Part shown: one piece after another, positions 57,206 through 64,000 of the stretch
How positions within the stretch are numbered: position 1 is the stretch's first letter
How the letters are laid out: the number at the start of each line of letters is the position of its first letter
Assembly (NCBI GenBank): GCA_937900135.1
Contig: CALCDJ010000002.1
Location: 483-64,482 of the forward strand
DNA: 64,000 nt
Source of the DNA: an uncultured Blautia sp.
GTDB taxonomy: Bacteria; Bacillota; Clostridia; Lachnospirales; Lachnospiraceae
Direction of reading: 5' to 3'
Notes under the pieces: generated by a model
What the model saw: the letters and a program-made list of their open reading frames with translations, nothing else
Database searches by the model: none
Told to the model about the DNA's origin: nothing
Position numbers and translations under genes: made by a program

Positions 57206-58117
57206 ATGATTGGGATGGAAGCATGTACATATGAAAAAATCTATTTTGCTTTGTGGGAGGCAGCCAGACGTTATCAGGATTTTACACAGTTTCGTGTGAT
57301 TGGAAACAGCCATGATGACCGCATGATCCCCATGCTGGAGGTGGGAACAGGACAGGCTGTTGTTTTTTGTCTGTCCGGGCTTCATGGAACAGACAGACAA
57401 ATGCCCGGGCTTCTGGTAAATATGGCGCTGGAATACTGCAATGCCTATGAATGCGGATGGACTCTGGAGCATTTTTATGAAGTGAAGACGCTTCTTGATG
57501 AAGTGCGTCTTTGTTTTATTCCTGTTTTGAATCCTGACGGATATGAAATACAGGCTCAGGGATATTCCGTTATTCGCAATCCCATTCACCGACAGATGCT
57601 GCGTATGAAAAATCTTCCTCCCCAGGAATTTTTTTACAATGCCCGGGGCATAGATCTTCGGAAAAATTTCCCCACCAGCTTTATGACCAGAAAAAGCCTG
57701 CTTCAGGAACCAGCCAGCGAAAACGAAACCAAGGCTTTGATTCGGATTTTTCAGGAATATAACAGCCTTGGACTTTTGTCCTTCTGCAAATCCGAGAAAA
57801 AACTCATCTATTTTCACCAGCCTCAGTCTTTTTCCTATAACCAGAAAAGCTACCGTCTGGCAAGGCACCTGCAAAAATGTGCCGATTACCATCTGGAACG
57901 CCATCCTCACCAGAACGAATCCTCTTGCGGAACTTCTTCCTTTGGAGCAGGATCACCGGAACAGTTCTATGGAGAGACCTGCCGGCAGCCGGCCTTTGTC
58001 CTGGAACAGATGCTGGCAGACCCGGATACCATTTCTTCTACAGATTCAAAAAGAAAGACCTCTTATCAGGAAGCCCATATCCTTCCTCTGGAATATCTTT
58101 ACTCACTGGAAGAGTAA
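57206..58117 (+). CDS. M14 zinc-carboxypeptidase-fold protein with degenerate active site
   Basis: IGNSHDDRMIP, FIPVLNPDG, NARGIDLRKNFP, PASENETKAL; AGGAGG RBS before ATG 57206. Confidence 0.8.
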   Translation: MIGMEACTYEKIYFALWEAARRYQDFTQFRVIGNSHDDRMIPMLEVGTGQAVVFCLSGLHGTDRQMPGLLVNMALEYCNAYECGWTLEHFYEVKTLLDEVRLCFIPVLNPDGYEIQAQGYSVIRNPIHRQMLRMKNLPPQEFFYNARGIDLRKNFPTSFMTRKSLLQEPASENETKALIRIFQEYNSLGLLSFCKSEKKLIYFHQPQSFSYNQKSYRLARHLQKCADYHLERHPHQNESSCGTSSFGAGSPEQFYGETCRQPAFVLEQMLADPDTISSTDSKRKTSYQEAHILPLEYLYSLEE

Positions 58118-58239
58118 ACGATTATGATCTGATTTTTAATTGTGAAAAAATGAATGGATTTAGAATAAAATATATTGAGAATGTGAAATTTCTGTGTTAT
58201 TACAATGCAGACTAAAATAGACCAGAAAGGATAAATTGC

Positions 58240-61200
58240 ATGAAGAAACTAACCGCCATCTTACTGACTGGCTGTCTGACCTTCCAGATGCTCTCAGGTT
58301 CTGTGGTTTCTGTCAGAGGCGCTGATTTTACTTCCGACCCCTCTTATGAAACTTTGATCCCTCAAGCACCTTCTATAGAAGAACCAGCGCCAGAAAGCCA
58401 GCCAGATCCAGATACTGGAGATTCTGCCATACCGGAGGATACTGAGTCCTTTCAGGAAGAGGAATCTCCCTCTTCCTCAGAAGAACTTCCAGCAGAAGAT
58501 TTTTTATCCGATGACTTAGAGGATTCCCTGGATTTTTCTGCTCCGGAAGAGGAGGAAGCTGTATTTGAAGACGGAGACAGGGAAATCAGGCTTCTTATCG
58601 TGGGGATGCCTTTTTTGAAGGTCTGCCTAAAGGCAGCTATGTGCTGACCATTCGCACCAGCCGGTTTGCCGCTTACCATCAGACCATCGAAGTAAGAGAG
58701 GGCTATACCTCAAAAGTTCAGATTCATTCTTCAAAAATCCAAGGATATGGGGAAAAACATCCCGGTGTTCTTCTTCTTGGAGACGTGACAGGAGACTATC
58801 AGGTAAACGACAGCGATAAAAATGCTATGGTAACAGCCCTCCATAACAATTCCCCTGAATCTGTCTATGATCTGAACGGAGATCAGATGGTAAATCTGGC
58901 CGATCTTCAGTATCTGGCACACAGCCTCACCGAAAGTCCTGTGGAATCCTCTGTAGAGACTCTGATTTATACGAAAGCGGTGGAAAGTACCGTTCCAGAA
59001 AGCACCCATGTAAAAGGAAGTCTGGAACAGCTCCTTACCAATCAGGGTTCTGTAGAATTAACGCCCTCAAATAACGGCGCTATCACAGAACAAAATCCTG
59101 TAGAAGCGTCTTTTGATTTCTCCCAGACAGCAGGAGATAAGAATGGTTCCCTTATGGCCAGACTTACCATCCAGGCGCCGGTAACTGTAAACGAAGGAGA
59201 AGCGATCACCAGTGATATCAAATCTGGAAGCGTAGAAGTTCAATATATAGATCCGGATACCCAGGAAGAAATAACGGCTTCCTATTCCTTAGGAAATGAG
59301 GCAGCTTCTGTATCCATGTTCCGAACGGGCGGTTCTGTCACTGTTGGGGCAGATGGAACGCTGACTCTGGACTTTGGAAAACAGATTGCTGTAAAAAAAG
59401 TAACCATTAAAATTACCGGAACAAGAAAAATGAAGCTCTTGTGAACATTTCCAAGGTAGAATTTGTCAATGACATGGCAAGCAGAATTCCGGCGCCCCAG
59501 CTGGGAATCCCCTCCCAGCTTTCGGCATCTGTCAGAAGCAAGCAAATTGATCTCTCCTGGAAACAGGAACCCAATGTGACAGGCTATGAGCTTTCTATCT
59601 CCGGACTGGTGGGCAAGAAAGGCAGCAGTGAGGCAGCGACTCAGATTGTGGGAACCTCTGCTACCAGCCATACCTTTACCACCATCAAGGATAAAAATCT
59701 CATCAACAACGAGATCTATACCATTAAGATCCGTTCGGTAAACGGAGACTGGAGAAGCGAGTGGTCTGAGGAAATCAGGATTGCTCCCAAGGCAGAAGAG
59801 AAACCAGCAGCTCCGGATAATCTGAAGGCTTTGGGAGGATATCGTTCCATTCAGTTAAACTGGAAGGATATGGATGATACAGACAGCTACAATCTTTATT
59901 ACAAAGGGCCGGAAATGAGCAGCTTTGTAAAGGTCAACGAAACGCCGCTGACTGCTCCCAGCTACAATATGGTAGCGTTAAAGGACAATACCACCTATCA
60001 GTTTTATGTAACCGGTGTCAATGAACTGGGAGAAGGCCCTGCTTCCCTTACTTCAGAAGCAACCACCATTGTCCCGGAATTTCCGAAGGTTCCCAAATAC
60101 CAGCTTTTGAATACTTCCAATGGAGAAGGAAAGTTAACCAATCATATCAAAGAAGTGGAAATCGGAACCCATGCCGGAGCCTCCATGATCGAAAGTCCTC
60201 TGGATAGTAACCAGCGGAGTGGTCTGGGACTTTTTGATGACAGCTATTCCTCTTACTGGACAGTAAGTGACTGGGACGATGGAGCGGCAGATAAAAGCTT
60301 CCTCTTTGGCAATGCCCGCTTCTGGTACTGGGACAGACAGAATCAGCGGACAGAAGTAAGCTGCCGTCTCATTCAGAAAACAGACGAAAACGACAACCAT
60401 TATTATATTCTAAAATTAAATGAATCCATTGAAACAAATAAGGTACAGTTCTGTCTTCAGACCCAGAGCAATGTGCGTAAAATGAAAATTGCTGAGATTC
60501 ACTTCCACCAGTACGATTCTCTGGAAGATGAAATCATGGGCTTATATGAAGATGAAATGCATATCACTTTAAAAGAGCAGGTCACCCTGGAAACCATTGA
60601 GGAACTGAGAACCCGTGTCAACACCATAGATGAAGCCAGTCAGGAATACCATCCGTTACGGGAGGAACTGATCAAGGAGCTGGATGTGGCAAAGGGCATT
60701 CTGGAAAACAAAAAAGAAAAAGCCTATGCTGTAAATCCCAACATCACAGCCCAGAAGGACGGACATCTGAAATTCTCCGGCTTAAATTCATGGCAGCCTC
60801 TTGGAAAAACCACCTACAGCGGGGAGCGTCTTACCATTTACGTAGGACATAACACCCTTAAGAGCGGACAGAGCGCACAGCTGCAGCTGGTATTTACCCA
60901 GAACCATGCCGAGAGCAGTGGTTTCTTCAGAACATGGAACTTAAACGTAGGAAAAAATGAACTCACAGTACCAAGTCTTCAGAGTATTGCCGGTGTGGAA
61001 AAGGGCGGTCAGCTTTATATCAGCTATACGGGAAACAATCCAGAAGACCAGTACGGTGTCCGTATTGTGGGAGGACAGAACATTCCTTCCTTGAACCTCA
61101 TAGGCTTATCTCAGGAAGAACGGGAAACAGCGATTCAAACCTATGTAGAAGAGTTAAAAAACCACGTAGAGCAGCTGACACAGAAACATACCGATTTCCA

Positions 61201-63457
61201 CGAAAGCATCAACAACAAAAACATCAACGTTGCCTACGACGAGCGAAACTGTGTGTTAAACGCAACGGATATTCTGGTGGATCAGATGATGTATTCCGTT
61301 CCGGCCACACAGATCTGGAAGGGACTTTCCGGTTCTGATGTTTCCCAGAAAGCAGCCAGCCTGAAAACAGCCTTAGATGCAATGGAAAAAGCCATGATCC
61401 TGGCTTACCAGCATAAGGGCATCAGCGATGTAGAGGGAACTCCTGAAAAGGATCGTCTGCCTTCCCAGCATTTAAACATCCGTTATATGCGTATGTTTGC
61501 CGGAGCCTTTATGTATGCATCCGGAAACCATGTTGGTATTGAATTCGACCAGACCTCCATTCTTGCCAGTGTAAACGATATGGCAGATCTTGGCTGGGGA
61601 ATTGCCCATGAAATCGGTCATAACATCAATGAGCCTTCCTATACGGTGGCAGAGATCACCAACAACTATTTTGCCCAGCTGATCACGTTGAAGAAAAACG
61701 GACTTCGCTTCCAGATGCCAAAGGTCTATGAAAAGGTTACCTCTGGAACCGTTGGAAGATCCTCCAACCTGGCAACTCAGCTTGCGCTGTACTGGCAGCT
61801 TCATCTTGCCTTTGACAATGGCGCAGATGATACCACCTATTCCAGCTATGACCAGCTTTTGAATAACCTGTTCTTTGCAAGAATGGATTCTTATTCCAGA
61901 AATACCAGCCGGGCGCCAAAGAGCGGACTGAAAACAGATGGAGACGCAGACCAGAATCTGATGCGTCTTGCCTGCGCTGCTTCCAATCAGAACCTCCTTC
62001 CATTCTTCCAGCGATGGGGTATGATACCAGATGAAACCACTAAGGCTTATGCAGAGCAATATGGGGAGCCTACTACAAAAGCCTACTATTATGTAAGTCC
62101 AGAGGCAAGAAATTACCGGTTTTCCCACGAAGAAGCCTCTTACACCATTGCCGGACAGGATGTGGCTTCTGCTTCCATCGCGAAAAACCAGAATCAGATT
62201 ACCCTGACCATGGATGCCACCCAGAAAGCGGATGCCATCCACGGCTACGAAATCCTTCGCAGCATCACCGGAAACGGCAGAGAAGAAACCCAGGTGGTTG
62301 GCTTTGTGGAAAGCCAGGCAGACGGTTCTGCCACCTACACCGATACGGTCACCTCTCTTAACAACCGTGTGATCACGTATCTGGTACGTCCCGTGGACAA
62401 GTTTATGAATTACGGAAATACTGTAACCGCAGGCTCTGCAAAAATTGAAACAGAAGGAAGACTGGATAAGTCTGACTGGAAGGTATCCACTACAAATATA
62501 GCAGCGTCTAACAATGAGACCCTTCTTCCAGATGAAAACAATTCCAGCGACAGTTTTTGTTCTACCGGAGAAAAAGTGAAGTATGCCATTGATTATATTC
62601 TGGACAACCAGGCAGAAACTGCTTATAAAGGTAAAACTTCTGTGAATGGATATCTGACCATCGACATGGGTAAGGTACAGGAGATTACCTCACTCCAGTA
62701 CACAGGCGGCGCCTTATCTGACATCAGCATTGCAGTCAGCGCAGACGGAAGCTCCTGGAAGAGTGTAAAAGCCCATGTATCTGTGAATTCCGCCTCAGAA
62801 GAACGTCATACCATCTGGTTCGATTCGGTAGATCCAGATGCAAAAGCAGAATGGATCGGAACCTATGATGCACGATATGTGGCCCTTGTTTTCCACCAGA
62901 AACAGAACGTATCGATTTCAGAAATTGAACTTTGCGGTCCTTCCGGCGACAATCTGGAATTCTACCAGACAAAAGAGGAGACACCGGCTGTGGGCATTCT
63001 GACGGAAGACTTTACATACGGAAAAGAAACAACAAATGTGATTCCAAAAGGTTCTCTGATCTTTACTGGAACATACAAAGGGAATCCGGCCTATAACGTG
63101 GTTATGCTTTATGATGACAAGGGAAATGTCATTGGTATCCTGGAAGATGCAGAAGGCAATGCCACTGTGGAAGCAGAGCAGGTGATCTTTGCAGATGTTC
63201 CAGAAAAAGGAAACCTTGGAGAAACCTCCAATGGTACCTGGGTCTACTACATCAAACCGGACGCTTCCGGCGAAATCAGCAGCGAAACAAAAGCCCAGTT
63301 AAAGGGAGCCATCCGAGGAGAACTTTATCGTGTGGATAACGCTTTAACCAATGAGGGAGAGCGTGTGGTCAGCGATACCCTTCCTCTCACCGGAATCAAT
63401 CCGGATAACCTTCCAACTATCAATCTGACTTCCAGCGGCCATGTTGTGGAGCCGTAA
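58240..63457 (+). pseudogene. M60-family (mucin-type) metallopeptidase with dockerin, 2x Fn3 and F5/8-like domains, split by two frameshifts
   Basis: Three consecutive ORFs (58240-58647, 58641-59444, 59441-63457): signal peptide; dockerin GDVTGDYQVNDSD...DLNGDQMVNLADL; Fn3 pair; SWQPLG, GGQLYI, RYMRMFAGAFMYASG, WGIAHEIGH..AEITNN. Confidence 0.85.
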
Positions 63458-63477
63458 CAAAGGAGAAACAAATACAC

Positions 63478-64000
63478 ATGAAAAAACCACTTACACACAT
63501 GCTTTTCTGTCTGTTGCTTCTAACCTTTCTTTTACCGGTATCGGTAAAAGCAGAAGAAAAGAACCGGGCAGAAATGACAGTGACTGATCATCAGGTGGGA
63601 ATCTCTCTTGAGATTCCTGCCGGAAAAACCGATGCCATCCATTCTCTTCGCGTAAAAGTATCTGTAACCTCTTTCGATGCCGAAGATCTTTCTGGTACTT
63701 TTGCATTTCATGAAAGCATCTCTTCCACAGTAAAAGATGCTGCCTGGATGGCAAAAGACAGCGGATATGTAATGGATGTGATCCTGTCCGGAAAACAGGA
63801 TCTCATTGGAGAAAACGGCATTTTGTCTTTGGGTACCCTGAGTTTATCCTCTGACAGCAAAAACTGGAGCGCAGTTGTTTCCATTCCGGAAAATGCTCTG
63901 GAATATGTAAACAGCTTTGGCAATTACGAAACCGTCACAGACCTTCATGGAGATTCTGTCACTGTGAAGGTAGAAAACAAAGAGCCGGAAACAACACCCA
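63478..64000 (+). CDS. Secreted cohesin-like protein (runs off the window; absent from the ORF track)
   Basis: AAGGAG RBS; my translation MKKPLTHMLFCLLLLTFLLPVSVKA-EEKN..VGISLEIP..IHSLRVKV..MDVILSGKQDLI..LSLGTLSL..EPETTP is open to the window end. The CDS is well supported; the cohesin call is tentative. Confidence 0.7.
   Translation, partial: MKKPLTHMLFCLLLLTFLLPVSVKAEEKNRAEMTVTDHQVGISLEIPAGKTDAIHSLRVKVSVTSFDAEDLSGTFAFHESISSTVKDAAWMAKDSGYVMDVILSGKQDLIGENGILSLGTLSLSSDSKNWSAVVSIPENALEYVNSFGNYETVTDLHGDSVTVKVENKEPETTP

Noticed and set aside
1..64000. CRISPR array, tRNA, rRNA, prophage or intact IS
   Set aside because: No regularly spaced repeats, RNA gene signatures, phage structural genes or full-length DDE/IS110 transposase seen on manual reading.

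Overview
Chromosomal window from a spore-forming gut Firmicute. Gene content and order suggest Lachnospiraceae, probably Blautia-like; this is inferred, not database-checked. Almost all genes are on the + strand. (1) 1-10.8 kb is the tail of a capsule/EPS locus (cpsC, cpsD, LCP protein, cpsB phosphatase) interleaved with decayed accessory DNA: deletion-fused capD/capF fragments, a 210-bp direct repeat plus a 26-bp third copy, a truncated DUF3990-like gene with its intact partner, an IS110 remnant, an intact AbiL/RloAB-like ABC-ATPase + TOPRIM defence pair, an Rpn-family nuclease and several internally deleted pseudogenes. (2) 10.9-26.3 kb holds tepA, a NuoE/NuoF/GltD-NuoG operon matching the Sporomusa-type electron-bifurcating transhydrogenase StnABC, then uppP, ftsK, rlmH, a Dus-family gene and yqfC/yqfD. 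(3) 26.4-48.6 kb is a complete type IV pilus locus placed between yqfD and phoH. It has an MshEN-bearing PilB, PilT, PilC, a low-GC major pilin, PilD, a PilM-PilN fusion, PilO, four minor pilins (three very large) and a ~2000-aa secreted DUF5057-like protein with an F5/8-type carbohydrate-binding module. (4) 48.8-58.1 kb holds phoH, ybeY, DUF3048, a bofC-like gene, proB/proA, a sortase-anchored protein and a degenerate M14 peptidase. (5) 58.2-64 kb is a frameshifted dockerin-bearing M60-family (mucin-type) metallopeptidase followed by a secreted cohesin-like ORF that is missing from the ORF track. Best candidates for under-described systems are the giant-pilin/DUF5057 adhesive pilus tip and the M60-dockerin/cohesin pair. 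No rRNA, tRNA or CRISPR array was seen. All family assignments come from motif recognition by eye.
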